Origin: Phoronis australis | Taxonomy: Eukaryota > Animalia > Phoronida | Assembly: GCA_002633005.1 (NCBI GenBank) | Contig: NMRA01001023.1 | Coordinates: 1-64,000, forward strand | Length of the DNA stretch: 64,000 bases | Reading direction: 5' to 3' | Shown: positions 40,701-54,140 of the stretch, piece by piece | Layout: each line of letters begins with the position of its first letter | How positions within the stretch are numbered: position 1 is the stretch's first letter | Notes under the pieces: generated by a model | What the model saw: only the letters and a program-made list of their open reading frames with translations | What the model was told of the DNA's origin: nothing | Database searches by the model: none | Translations under genes and position numbers: made by a program

Positions 40701-43700
40701 AAAGACAAAATCATCACAAGTCGAGTAACAATTGGACCCACGCATCGAGTCAATGAAAAACCAAAGGAGAAAAAACCAGGACAAAACCACGAGCAATAAA
40801 TAATAAGCTGGGAAGGTCAAAGGTCGTAGTGCTACGTACCAAATCTGTGACACGATTACTGTGGCCAGAGAATTTCCTGATGATGTTTCGAGTTTCAATG
40901 TCCACAACACTGATGGTATAGTTGGAGAGAGCTACAGCCAGCATGCAGCTTTAAGACAAGAAAATAACATCTTGAGGCAGGGGGAATCTCATGGAGTGGA
41001 AAAATCAACACGACCTTTGGACATTTTTCATAGTGCTGTTGTGTTAACCCAACATAAGTGTCTATTATTGTATATTCTTGTACATAAATGTTTACATGGA
41101 ATAACTGTATAATCCTAATTTTCACTTGATAACCACATCATTAAGGTTAAAGGTTTGACATTTTACTCAAAACTTCAAGTTTTAACTCGCATTCGCAGCT
41201 CGAATATAGGGGTCGTCCAGTGTGACCTTGGACTAGAAACTCACACGTATACACCACAATGTACTTGAGCACAGACAAATAGACAAATATTGTAGAACGG
41301 AAAATGCCAAAAAATTCATATTCCATTTCAAGTACTAAGATTAGGCTACGTCCCCATGACCTGAAATCCAAACTTTTAATGACAATTAAGTTTCTATATT
41401 TCAACTGTTCTATTCAAGATGACTGTTATACCTAGCAAACACTGAGGAAACACCAAAGTAAGACTGTAAACGTGTTTAGGGTAAGGTATAGATTCGTTTC
41501 ATATCATTTTTTATAGCTTAAAGTGAATATAAAAACTGTGGGATGACTCCGTACACTTTGAGACTTAATAAGAAAATCTCATTTGAAAAAAATTGCCTTA
41601 AACACAGATGAGTGTCTCGCTAAACTTAGCACTTGACAATGATCCCAGGAGGCAGTGTGACCTAGTGGCATAAGTATCTGCTTTAATTACTCAAGGCCGT
41701 GGATTGGAGTCCCACAGGAGCACACTGCTAGACCCTTGAGTCAGGTCTCTAGCTCCTCAGCTCGGTTTTAACTATATGTTAATAAAGCATTGAAATATTT
41801 TCAGGTGATCAGTGCAATGGGTTCACCTGAACGGCCTGTGCATGTCTGGTACGAAGACCGCAAGCAATTATTTTTTATTGAATGATCCAAGCATTAAGGC
41901 CCACTTTTGAAATCTTGATCTCAATTTGTAGGTTCAATATAAAGGTCATCCAGTGTGAGAGTGAATTAGATAGTTTACACCCTCTGTCCATTGGTTAGGC
42001 TATAAAAGCATACTAGGTTCTTGTCTGCACCAGGGCTCACTTTGAAAACGGCGCCTTACTGGGAAAAAGCTACCTGCCTGTATCAATTTCAGCCAAAGTC
42101 TTGAATGCCAGGCGAACGCATGCAAGCAAGGTTTCAAATGCCACAACTTTTCGAGTTAGCCAAAATCACACGATGACACACACAGTTTCATAACAACTGA
42201 CTCAAGTCTAAGTCAAAAATTTAGTCTTAGAATTTGCACAACTATTTCTGAAAAATAATTAAATTTTACTTGAGCAAAAATACAAAGACTCTGAGAACAT
42301 ACACCTGTCTATTACTTAGTGAAATAATTTAATTATTTCTAGACCATGATGAACTCACAACTACATTGCAAAACCATTATTCAGCAACTGTAAAATGGAA
42401 AAGTTAGATGACAGACTACAGTACATGGACCGCTAACTCTGTATATTTTCAATGGACGAAATCCGTGATCTTACACATAAGCCGTGACGGCACTATTCAC
42501 TAGCAACACCTGGCAAAATAAGCAAGTTTTACTTCTGGCAAGTATGTCGTCTGCTTTTGCGTGGTCGGGTGCCAAAAGTACTCATGATACCAACAGTTCT
42601 GTTATTGGAAGACTTTGAACAGCGTTTCAATGCCGAAATGTTTTCCCCGTTGTACTGGACCGTAAAATAGAAGCGGGAATTTCCCATCACAATACACGAA
42701 CAGGAAACTGAAATTGGTAATTTAGGAGAGTGGCACCTCCTATAGGACAGTATGCAAGAAAATGTCGGAGTTGCGAATCTGTTGTCTAAATCTATGGTTA
42801 GACCAAATTCCTATCTAAGTCTTAAGTATTTGTTCATGAAACACATTCAAGGACCAACAACTCTTCCTTCTGGCTTCCATACCACATTTCATAATGAGTA
42901 CTTTTATATTCAGACCATTCGACAGTGCAACGACTTGCCAATTCGTCTAAAGGGGGTTTGATGGTTATGATGACTTCAAACACACACTCATCAGATAGCT
43001 GTCCCTACCCTCCTTTTCAGTCATATCATTGTAAATACCATATAAAGGTTTTAATTTATTTTTAATTCAGTTTGTAAAATATTCCTTTTAATTTAATGTA
43101 ACTTAATTTAATCTATCTTTAGTTAATCAATTTTTGTTTGCTTTGACAGGAACATGCTGTATATTTACCTTTGGCTAAAGCATGTTTGTATTTTATCCTC
43201 TATATATAAAGTTCATTATTATATTTATAATTATAATTATTATTATTATTACATATCAAACAAAAGTAAACTAATTTCATGTTCTAACCTGTCTCGATGA
43301 AGACACATATGCTCCGCTGGACACCCCAGTTTCACCGCGTCCAGCAGTTGTTTACTTTTGAACTTCCAAAACTTTAGCTGACCGTCACCGCCCAGTGAGA
43401 CTGTCAGTTGATTCAGGCCATCCACCACAACATCCCGGACACAGCTGTCGTGAGCTGTCAGAGAACATAGGTCGATTAGGAGAGAACACACAGCTGACAA
43501 ATAACTGGCAATTGCTATTAAAAGGTCATTAGGTCACGTGATGTGGCGTGCTGGCAAGATTTAAATGTTTGCAACATATTGAAAGGAAGTTATGTGAAAT
43601 AAGTAATATGTTACTGTATTCAGAGCAAGAAAATATATTTTATAAAATGTCTTTTTCAAACAAAGACTAAAACTTGTTCATATTAAATAACATGTCTTTA

Positions 43701-46700
43701 CAAGTTCAACAATTAATTAGTTTAGCTTACAACTATTTTCATGCTTCTGCCCTCTCAGTGCACAATAATGAAATATAATTAGAGTAATTATTAACACACA
43801 CAATAACAGTAATTTATACTTCAACGCAGAGAGACATTAAAACTCAACAACTTCAGGACCATTATATGTTCAAGAGAAAAATAACACTACACAGTAAAGC
43901 CAGTAGATAGTTACAACCTTTGGGATTGCCATAGGCTCCCCTGTGTATTCCTGATTGGATGTTGTAGCAGTCCATGTGACCTGTGTTGTAGCCAATGATG
44001 ACAAAGTTACCACAGGAGGTGATGGCCACACACTGTCAACAATGAAGAANNNNNNNNNNNNNNNNNNNNNNNNNNNNNNNNNNNNNNNNNNNNNNNNNNN
44101 NNNNNNNNNNNNNNNNNNNNNNNNNNNNNNNNNNNNNNNNNNNNNNNNNNNNNNNNNNNNNNNNNNNNNNNNNNNNNNNNNNNNNNNNNNNNNNNNNNNN
44201 NNNNNNNNNNNNNNNNNNNNNNNNNNNNNNNNNNNNNNNNNNNNNNNNNNNNNNNNNNNNNNNNNNNNNNNNNNNNNNNNNNNNNNNNNNNNNNNNNNNN
44301 NNNNNNNNNNNNNNNNNNNNNNNNNNNNNNNNNNNNNNNNNNNNNNNNNNNNNNNNNNNNNNNNNNNNNNNNNNNNNNNNNNNNNNNNNNNNNNNNNNNN
44401 NNNNNNNNNNNNNNNNNNNNNNNNNNNNNNNNNNNNNNNNNNNNNNNNNNNNNNNNNNNNNNNNNNNNNNNNNNNNNNNNNNNNNNNNNNNNNNNNNNNN
44501 NNNNNNNNNNNNNNNNNNNNNNNNNNNNNNNNNNNNNNNNNNNNNNNNNNNNNNNNNNNNNNNNNNNNNNNNNNNNNNNNNNNNNNNNNNNNNNNNNNNN
44601 NNNNNNNNNNNNNNNNNNNNNNNNNNNNNNNNNNNNNNNNNNNNNNNNNNNNNNNNNNNNNNNNNNNNNNNNNNNNNNNNNNNNNNNNNNNNNNNNNNNN
44701 NNNNNNNNNNNNNNNNNNNNNNNNNNNNNNNNNNNNNNNNNNNNNNNNNNNNNNNNNNNNNNNNNNNNNNNNNNNNNNNNNNNNNNNNNNNNNNNNNNNN
44801 NNNNNNNNNNNNNNNNNNNNNNNNNNNNNNNNNNNNNNNNNNNNNNNNNNNNNNNNNNNNNNNNNNNNNNNNNNNNNNNNNNNNNNNNNNNNNNNNNNNN
44901 NNNNNNNNNNNNNNNNNNNNNNNNNNNNNNNNNNNNNNNNNNNNNNNNNNNNNNNNNNNNGGCCCAAATCATAACCAGCCTTGAAATGGTCAATGTGAAC
45001 CTTTCCCCGACAAAAATCGGGACTAAAAAAAAAAAAAAAATACCATCAGTAGCATGCGTCTGCGTCCTTTTAGCTCGCCCGTCCACTCCCAACCCACACA
45101 TTTTTGGCTGCAGAGCGGTAGTATTTGTTGCCGCGCTTAACAATAACACGCGACGCCATTGAAAACCCCACCACGCTGTCCCAGATGCCTCGGCAATGTT
45201 GACAATTTACGTTTCTCCGAAACAAAAAGAGCAACTTCCACTTTTCGAGGTGAACGTCGTCTGCAACGCCGCGGTAAGAAAGGAAATTGCCGCTGAAATT
45301 TTATATCAAATCCGATTTTTTTTACGCGGAAATATTATATAAAAAGCGGAAAGCACATTTGAAAAAAGTGGAAATCCGCGTTTCCGCGGAAAATTCCAAG
45401 CCCTGAGGACTTCAATTGTTGCAGGATTGCAAAAAATGTCTTTTTCAAGTGATGTATTCTATGCATAATTACCCAGTGCAAATTTCTTTTGTAATTAAGC
45501 CTGACCACCCCTGCCTTTCTGCTCCAACCCAAAGAATTACCTGCGCTCAGGATATTCTGTCCATTGTTACCATGAAATCTAACTTTGCACGGTGGTGCAC
45601 TGTGCCCTGACCTGTGCCTCAGCAGACGGCCCCCACCGTCGGGCTGGTCAAAGATCCACACCTTGGAACAGAAAGGAACATTGCACCAATCCCGCAGACC
45701 AAGAATCAACATAGCATGTAGTTACATGTAGAGATCGTGGTTGGAATCTGACTTCTTTCACACAGCTTAAGATTTTGAAAGGAAATTACATAATTATAAG
45801 CCAGTAGCAGATACTACAATTCTAATATTTTTGTTTTTTGATTACCAACAAATAAAGAATATAATCAATCAAATTTGACAATTATCGGCAATAAATGTTC
45901 GCGAAACAGTTAACATGGTGAGCAGCAAATTGTCAGAAAAACGCAGCTGCAACTTAATTTCGTGGAATCAATAATGCAATTCCAATACCGTTTTTAAGGT
46001 ACTGATCACTTGGAAATAGTAAAACAAAATTTGGTATTAAGCAGAAAAAAAAACATAGAACTTTAGGTTGCTAAAACAGATTTCTCAGTTTTTGAAAACG
46101 GAAAACCATCATTTCTATAAATGGCAAAGAAGACAATTACCAAGTTTCCTTGTACAAAGATGTACGTATGTCTACAGGGATTGACAGGGAACCAAGTTAT
46201 GACTTGGAGAGCAACAGAGCATATGGAGGTAGAAAATAGGGGAAAGCAGGGTTAATTGTTACAACTGGCCTGGCTCTCCCCAACATTTGAGCTCCTCAGG
46301 TGGTTATACTTCAGTAAATAACACAAAATTGATGACATAGTTAGTGTCAAAAAACGTGGAAATTCCTGGCTCCACGAACACAGAACTTTGCAAAATCACT
46401 CTCCAATAATCCAATGATGACAAAAATGCATGCAAATCCTGGCGTGGAAATTACCACTGGGCAATGGCATCAAAATAAGATAACTAAAACCCGGAATATT
46501 TGATGAGGACTAATCATTATCAATATTGTTTTTGACCAGGATAGCAGTGGATCTCCAGCCAAACTTCAATACAATAAGGTAGACACCACTGTCCAAGCTT
46601 GAATAGGGCCATCTAATTTTCAGTTCGATTAATCTGACTAGTAAAGTAAAGATCATTCAAGCATGATGAATTTAGTGAAGTTGAAGAGTTACTAATTGTC

Positions 46701-49700
46701 GCTCACTTGCCTTAACTTTCTGTTTGAAGGGCATTACTTGCCATTAACAATTACTATGCCATACCTTTACAGAGTTATCTGCCGATGATGTGACCAACAG
46801 CGGCTCCGAAGGCAGGCACTTCATCCCCGATACGGCACCCTGGTGAGCATCACGTATCTCGCTCTGAAGACGGCGCTCCTCCAAGTTCCACAGGGCAATA
46901 TGGCCGATGGAGCTGCCAGTAGCCATGATAGGGTGGCCATCTTGAGGCGAGAGAAAACTTCAAAGTAGCATTTTAGCTTGCACCTATCTATAATTTTCCC
47001 AAATTTCTCTACAACTGCTAAGTGTGCATTATGGAAACTCTAAATCTGAAAGCTGATGCACAGATAAATCTTGTGCATATTCATTACATGATCATGTTTC
47101 AAATCTTAGTTTTTTTCTGTAATACACTTGGAGCAGCTTTTAAATACAGCAAGATCGAATACTTAATATTCTTTCACTGTCACTTTCACTATCAATTATT
47201 TTTGCATTTTCCCAGTCATTTTCTTGCGTGATCAGTGAAAGTGACACTAGACAAAGAAGAATAAGGGGATCTATCTGCGTTTGAAAAAAATCCAATGCCA
47301 TGAACAGAGATGATGGCGCATTTAAACTTTCCTGCGTATATAACGTCATCTTGACCCTTAGTACGTCACTGGGTCACACTGAGGAAGGAAGAAAACAACA
47401 TCGACTTTCGAAAAACTTCTGCCATTTAATGATTTTCAGTATTTTTAGAAGAAATTTCTACTATAAATCTTTCCACCTATTATTTTGAATATAGGCTCCT
47501 AGTTTTAAATCCAGAGGCATATTCACAACTAACTACAGTACAACAAAAAGCAAAAGAATAGCACAATTCCTGACCCACCTGTTCTGAATGTAATATTGGT
47601 GACTGGGCCCCAGTCCTGGGTAAATGTCATAACAGTCTCATCGTACTTCAGGTTGTGCAAAACGACGCGACCGTCTTGGAGACCAATAGCAACCACATCG
47701 ACAGCCGGTGCCTGCATACAGTACACATCATATCAATGACAATGTCACTCTTAGGCCGAAATCATACATCATACAACACAGTAACGATCTGGGCAGTAGA
47801 GTACACTGCACATCAAGGTAGTCCATGACAAATGACTTACTACCGTGTCCTGAGAGGGCTGACCTTTTGACCTACTTATGATTCTGATGCAATGGACTAG
47901 GTGTTACAGTGATTTAAAAGGCATCAAGTCAGACAATTCCTTTACTTTAATGCATATACAAGGCATATCTTCACAAAATTCTCAAGACGTGATCTCCATA
48001 TTTTAAATACAATTGAGGAGCTTCCCGAAATTTTTGCACATTTTTGTACCACAAAAATCTGACTCTACTGGCAACAGCTTTAAGACACCCACCTGCTCGA
48101 GAGCGGTGACTGGCTCCGACCAACCACGGAATTCAAACAGTCGCCGGTTCGTACGTATGTTCCACAACTGCAATGCTCCCTGGTGGCTGGCCAACAGGAC
48201 CTTGTTCAGGTAGGTGGTAGGGTGTATCATAGCAGTCACTAGGAATGACGTTGGATCAAACTGGATCTCCAGGTAGAGATCTGCAAAGATGGAATATCTA
48301 GTACGAGGATATCTCCCACTCAAGATTCTGTTTTCATTTTCCATAAGTTTCCAAGGACATCATTTTCATTTTCCATTAACAACAGCACATTTTTCCAGAA
48401 GAATGTTGACATCTTTGCTTAGTGAGTTGCCAAAAATAAATGAATGCATAAACTTGCAATATGACTCATAAAATGAGTTTTTATCTTATGGCAACATTCC
48501 CTAAGTTTTTACTCTATTTTCCCTTTTTATGGAAAAACATTTTTGCCATTTTCCAAGAAGGATGACTAGGAGCCAAGATAGAAAGGATGACACCCACTCC
48601 GTGTTAGCTCTAGACTGGCACACCGAACAACTCGAAAAACGTCACTCGACAACGCCACCTCATTCAGCTCAGTGTGGTCACCGTAAGGAATAACCACATC
48701 CTCCATGTGCTCTTTTACACTGAGAGGAAAACCAACAGCAGACAATGGTGACACTGCACTCAGCCATGAACACATTTGGTTTATAGTACAACGTAAAGAC
48801 GAGCATGCTAAGTATCTGGAAGAATTTTTCAACTATGCAAACGACCTCAAATAAGCCGAAACCCACAATACAGCCATAACTCTTGCCTGGCATCGGAAGG
48901 ACATGGATTAGATGAATTTATGTAAAATGGAAACTGGCAGCAGAGAAGCACGTGAAACCTAACAGCATGAAAACAAGGTTGAAAAAATGCCAGCAGGATG
49001 TTAAAGGCAGCGAGTAGATTCTGTGGACATTATAAAGCACAGAGGGATTTCGCAATGTGACTAGACGAGGGTCAAATTTGTAGAAGGCAATCTTTATGCT
49101 CAATGTGGTTATCAGGTGAAGTTCTTTATCTACTTGCAGTTAAAGGTTAAAGAGACCTATAACAAAGTAGGGTGGCTTCTATACAATGAAAAAACAACTT
49201 CTTTAAGGCAATCACGCCAAACAGATCGCATACTGTGATTCACTACAGTACAAGACAAAAAGAAGCAGACATAACACCACTTTCCACGTCACGACAGCTT
49301 ATTCTGTTATCAGCAAAAATGACTGGTAATAACTATCAGAGCATCAAAATTCTAATTAAAAAATGGCTCAGCCACCTTTCTAACCTTCCTATTAATTCCC
49401 CTTCATTCGTGTTCATCAGGGGAGACTACTCCGCCCAGCAGTCACGACAGGGAATTCCGGGTCATTTTGTTTGAATACTTTTGGTTTGTAATGCGTGTCA
49501 AAAGTTACAAATTGCCACAGCAAACCTTCAGAAGCAATGTCCCAGATCTTCAGACAGCCTGTCGCATCAACGGAGATGAGATGACCGCCAAACGGAAGGA
49601 GCAGGTGAACGTCTGCTTCGTGCCCTTCATAGGTATGACACACCTGGAAAATTAGGTAAACCACTACAGCTTTTGGGCACAAATTTTGTATATTTCACGG

Positions 49701-52700
49701 ACTCTAACGACACCACATGAATGTCAGCCAATTTCCAACTGGCAGGAAAACCTCCAACTCAAGACTGCTTCAACGTCAGTCTTCCATAGTTCAAATTAAA
49801 GAGGTTTACTTGAGTCGTACTAGAATAAAAAAGCATAACTGCCAATACTTAAGAAGACTCCTGTTAAGGACATGAACACTAAAGACAGCATACCTCAATA
49901 CGACTGTTAGGATCAAACATTTAGTTTTGATCAACTGACTCTATGTGTTGTGCTTCATCTTGAGTATGTTGCATTCAAGAAGGCGAAACATCTTTAGATC
50001 AGAGATTTGTCCTTGAGAATGAACAAACGTATGTTCAAAGACCCAGAACCAATATATCAATGTATGAGTTTTACTGCTCTCTGTGTTTATGATCGGGCAG
50101 TTACTAACCTACGACCAAAACATTTTATTTCGTCTTCTTGAACGCAATGAACTAAAGATTGTGCGCAATATGTCAAGTCAGCATTTTACCACTACATGCC
50201 TGAAGGAAGGACAAAAGCATACTATTATAAACGAAGTAAAACACTTATGTGTATATTATGTTCCACACAATACATTTAAAAACTTTGACAAGCTCGCTTT
50301 GTTTTCGTACTTACATAGTTATCAGTTAAAAGTGTTCATAATTCATCGTTGTCTTCTGTGATGATAGTAAAAACGAGAGAGGTTACTTACTACAAGACCA
50401 TAAGTTAGTTAAGCCTGTAACTCAGGCTCTTGTTCACACGACTGATCTTTCCATTGTTACTTCCGGTTCAACAATGGTGGGAAGATCAGTCATGTGAACA
50501 AGGGGCTGAGCTGCAGGCTCGAAATGTAATGATTACCTAACTTATAGTCTTCTAGTAACTTCTCTCGTTTTTACTATATCAGTGTTCTCCACTATACACA
50601 ATTAAAACACAACAGCAATTACAAAAATTCATATACATGTTTGAAAGTCTATGTTCATACTGCAAGGAAGTTTGTGCGTTAAGTCTTAGAATACATGCAT
50701 CGAAATGGCACCAAAAATCCTAAATGTCCTAATTTACTAAAGAATTGCCAAATCTCCCAATATCTCAAACTGGTTGCATAGGTTTTCAAACTGGATGCTA
50801 GTAAGTCAAACTCGTCACTACAAAACTCAAACTTGACACACTGAAAGCAGGTCGAGGAGAACACAGTTATGATGAACACCATGTACAATGAACAAAAAAG
50901 TATATTTTCTGTTTACGCAACACCACAAGAGTTACCTGTCTGCCTCTAGTGAATGCGCGAATCACAGGACCACACGCTGTGTAAACTAAGGTCGCATCCA
51001 CAGCAAGGCAACTAATATCACCAGGATGGCTATTACCTGAGAATGAAACACAGAAATCAACACCTGCAGACTTGCAATATGTCTCTATTTTTCAGCCTCT
51101 ATTTAGAGGAGAGTACACCATTGTAGCTGTCAATGTCGAATTGACCCATCGCCAGGATTTGGAGTGACTGCTTAATAACTGACCAACCAGAATGCAGCAT
51201 TATTGACACACCTTCGTTTCTAAGCCGTCATTTTACCCGACAAACAACACGTTGTCAGGTAAAACTCATTGTTTGTTTGTTGACTTTTCCCAAGGAGGCG
51301 GAGCTTGCGGTAGGTCAATTCTTAACTGAAGAGCTCTAGGATTCAAAAACATTTTCACAGTTATCCGGTCCCTAATTGTTACTGAATGAGATGGCACTAT
51401 TTTTCAATTCACAATTTTAGAGTTGGCCAACTCTAATAAAACCTCAAACCTTTTCTTGAGTAAGTGACGTTTACGATGATCTTGCTGGTAACAAAAACCA
51501 AGCCCTATCACAGTAAGGACCGTTTTAACATGAACATAGTGATTCGATTAAATATTTTTTAAACCTCAATACTCAACACTGACAACAGTATCGATACACC
51601 TGGACAAATATTCAGCACTTTCTAATATATTGATTTGAGTTCTAGTGTTGAAAAAGTAGTATGCGGGATATAAGCCTGGGCTAATGTACCGAAATCTACA
51701 GTAAGCGATAAATTCCTATCACACGCAGCGCAGAGCACAGGGGTCCGTTTCATGAAAGAAACCTTAGACTAAAACAGAAATTTAGTGTCATGGTCCCACT
51801 TTACAACTGATGAATAAAGGTTTAGCCAAGTAATTACGAGGGTATTACAGTCTAGAAAAAGTTAAGAAATTGTATCAGTAACTAGCAGTTATGTGTATAT
51901 ACTCAAAGATTTTGCATTTTTGCTCAAGTGAGATTTAATTTTAAGAAATAATTGTGCAGAGCGTATGACTGAATTTCTCTCTTAAAGCCTAACTTCAACA
52001 GAATTTTGTTATTTTAGATGTATTGGGCTAACTAGGTAGTCCTAGCAAAGCCTTATCAAAATAAGAAAATGTGAATTCTATCACGCAAATGCAGTCCCAT
52101 CAAATGATAGGTGGAGCTGCCTTTTCGTGCCATATTGTGTCACTGCGAGATCCCAGGCAAAACAACAAAAGTTGTATTGAATAGGGGTCTGTATAGGATA
52201 CTATTGCGTGTGGGTGTTATTCACAGCTGTTTGAAATGAAAGGTGTTTCTCACGGTGACGTAGGCAAAAGCAAGCCAATACGCCTGACAGATCGTTACAT
52301 TTGACAATTTGTGGCACTAGTGGGCTCAGAGCGATGCTCTTAATAACATACTGTAGGAGCAAAATTTACAGGTGTTACTGTTCAAGATAGTCACTTTTCA
52401 TGAAACAGACAGGTGATGATAATATTTTAGAATAAGACCCAATTTAGCAGCAGATAAAGCAGTGTGGCCTAATGAGCCGAGTGTTTGCCTCCTGTTCGCA
52501 AGATCGTAGGTTCAAATCCCACTGGACCCCACTGCTAGTCCCTTAAGTCAGCTCTCTAGTTCCTCAGCTCAGTCTAAATTTGTGCATATGTTTATATGTA
52601 CGAAAAATTGTTTCAAATATTTGAAGCAATGGGTCCAACTGAGCAGTGTGAGTGTGATGCAACGTGCATCTGATAACTTGTACTATAGCTTCAGGGTGAC

Positions 52701-54094
52701 AGAGGCCAAATGACCACAAGCAGTCACAAAATAAACAGGCAGATATACTTACTGACACTGACGATTCCCAACCTTGAACACTAAAAAAGATAACACAAGA
52801 AATGAAGATGAGACCTGAGATCAGAAAGCATAGTTGGCTTTTGTCACTGTGGTATCGAATTTTTTCTAGTTGCTCATTTTGTCAGAGAAAATCCACAGAA
52901 TTTTTCAGTTTTCACCTGACAAATCTCGGGTTTTCAAATCTTGCTTTCCATTGCTTATGTGCCTTTGTGCAGCTTGCTAAAAAAGCACCAGAGGAAATTG
53001 ATGTGGGTGACTATTTGAGAGCAAAACCAAGTATGCTTTGTTGGCTGAACAGAGTGCTTATGGCATTTGTAACATAAAAAGATATTCTGTAAATGTAGCC
53101 GACTTCTAAATTTTTTTAATATAAATAGCATGTTTGTTTTGGTCAAATGAAGCCACAGGACTAAGTCCAGAGTGTCATAGCTATAGCAAAGTGTATTGAC
53201 TATTGGGGACGATCAAAAGCTGAGGATGCCTGTGGTTTCATCAGGGTCGCTGGTTCTATTCCCGGCAGGGCTCGACATAACGAGCTGCAGGTCGCATTTG
53301 CGACCTGAAATTTGGAAATGCGAGCTGAGATTTTTGTCAGCTCGTATCAAGTCGCAAAATGCGACCTGGAATTTCCAACGAATGCGAGCTGAGTTTTTAC
53401 ACTTCTCGGCAGATACCGGGCAAATATAAAGCAGCTATTGTTATCCGACCATTACTTGGTTGTTGCCAAATCCAAGTTCAAACGGCCACTAACTGAGAAC
53501 AGCCCTCCCGATGACTTGTAAGCAAGTCGCGTGACCATGGGATATGCAGAATCGAACTTTGATGCGTTTCATTGGCTAACATTTTCGGCCACTTATGCAA
53601 ATTTCCGGATTTGCCGAAGAAAGTTTCGGGCCACATAACACGAGATAAAACCTCACAAAACAGTGGTGTTTCTATTAATTCTTAAGCGATCAACTTATCA
53701 AAGTTTGTGGTGGACAAATACGTTTGTTTTTCGCTTAAGATGTCCTTATTACCTTTACCAAATATCCACGACAATATCCCTGATATCGCACTGCGGCACT
53801 GGTCGGTCCCGTTGTTAGCGTGCAAGCGGTCCCGGCAAGACAATCGTGACTTAGATATGTGCGCCTCGTTTTTATCCCATAANTCAGTAGTAGGCCTAAA
53901 AAAGATTTCAATGAATTCAGTTTTCAGATTGATTAGTTTTCATAGCTTACATTGTACGTATGGAAAGCTTTGCCGACACAGGTGACCACGTAATTCTCTT
54001 TGTGTTTTCGATGGTGTCGAACAGCAAGCGGTACATGGTTACTGTACATGCCTAGAGCCCTGTACCCCGTGAAGATCTTACTGGAACTAGGCAT
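34751..54094 (-). CDS. WDR36: WD repeat-containing protein 36 / UTP21 (SSU processome UTP-B subunit); near-complete, with internal exons lost in gap 44050-44960
   Basis: Exons read in frame with GT-AG ends: 53951-54094 (MPSSSKIFTGYRALG..AFHTYN), 52753-52780, 50936-51036, 49526-49643, 48093-48280 (HPTTYLNKVLL), 47579-47711 (APAVDVVAIGL), 46765-46940, 45541-45661 (WIFDQPDGGGRLLRHRSGHSAPP), [gap], 43918-44032, 43289-43454, 40840-40948, 39940 or 39946-40234, 39064-39212 (YKSPDQL..LVTLSLLPSSRW), 37292-37408 (KNKPKEPPKVPKLAPFFLPT, Utp21 motif), 36644-36719, 35834-36021, 34751-34900 (..NYLKSATL*). Collinear with human WDR36 as recalled. Confidence 0.95.
44961..45405. mobile_element. hAT-like transposon end running into the N-gap
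   Basis: The terminus reads CAGGGCTTGGAATTTTCCGCGGAAA on the - strand, with repeated CGCGGAAA subterminal motifs. It probably explains the assembly gap. Confidence 0.5.
50365..50576. mobile_element. Fold-back (almost fully palindromic) MITE in WDR36 intron 3
   Basis: Outer arms TAGTAAAAACGAGAGAGGTTACT and AGTAACTTCTCTCGTTTTTACTA; inner arms CTTGTTCACACGACTGATCTTTCC and GGGAAGATCAGTCATGTGAACAAG. Confidence 0.8.
51743..52410. mobile_element. ~670-bp MITE, same family as 14785-15466
   Basis: TIRs GTCCGTTTCATGAAA and TTTCATGAAACAGAC (14/15 match), plus internal homology to the 14785 element. Confidence 0.7.
52458..52645 (+). mobile_element. tRNA-derived SINE, same family as 14118-14330
   Basis: A box TGGCCTAATG and B box GGTTCAAATCCC, followed by the shared non-tRNA body. 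Confidence 0.75.
53266..53882. mobile_element. hAT-like transposon end, cut by the contig join at 53883
   Basis: CAGGGCTCGAC terminus followed by repeated subterminal GTCGCA..TGCGAC and TGCGAGCTGAG motifs. Confidence 0.5.
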
Positions 54095-54120
54095 CTTGAT
54101 TCTTGTTAGCTTTTTCGTCA

Positions 54121-54140
54121 CACGTGTGTTCCACTTCCGG
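54121..54140 (-). promoter_or_regulatory. WDR36 proximal promoter / 5' region: E-box plus ETS site
   Basis: CACGTG at 54121-54126 and CCGGAAGT (- strand) at 54133-54140, 27-46 nt upstream of the ATG. Both motifs are typical of Myc/ETS-driven housekeeping and ribosome-biogenesis promoters. Confidence 0.5.

Noticed and set aside
43870-45149. Long ORFs of 339-380 aa (and the X-rich ORFs near 17761-18090)
   Set aside because: Artefacts of translating through N-gaps.
52458-52530. tRNA gene
   Set aside because: It has A and B boxes but no convincing cloverleaf or acceptor stem, and it continues into a body shared with another copy, so it is a SINE head.
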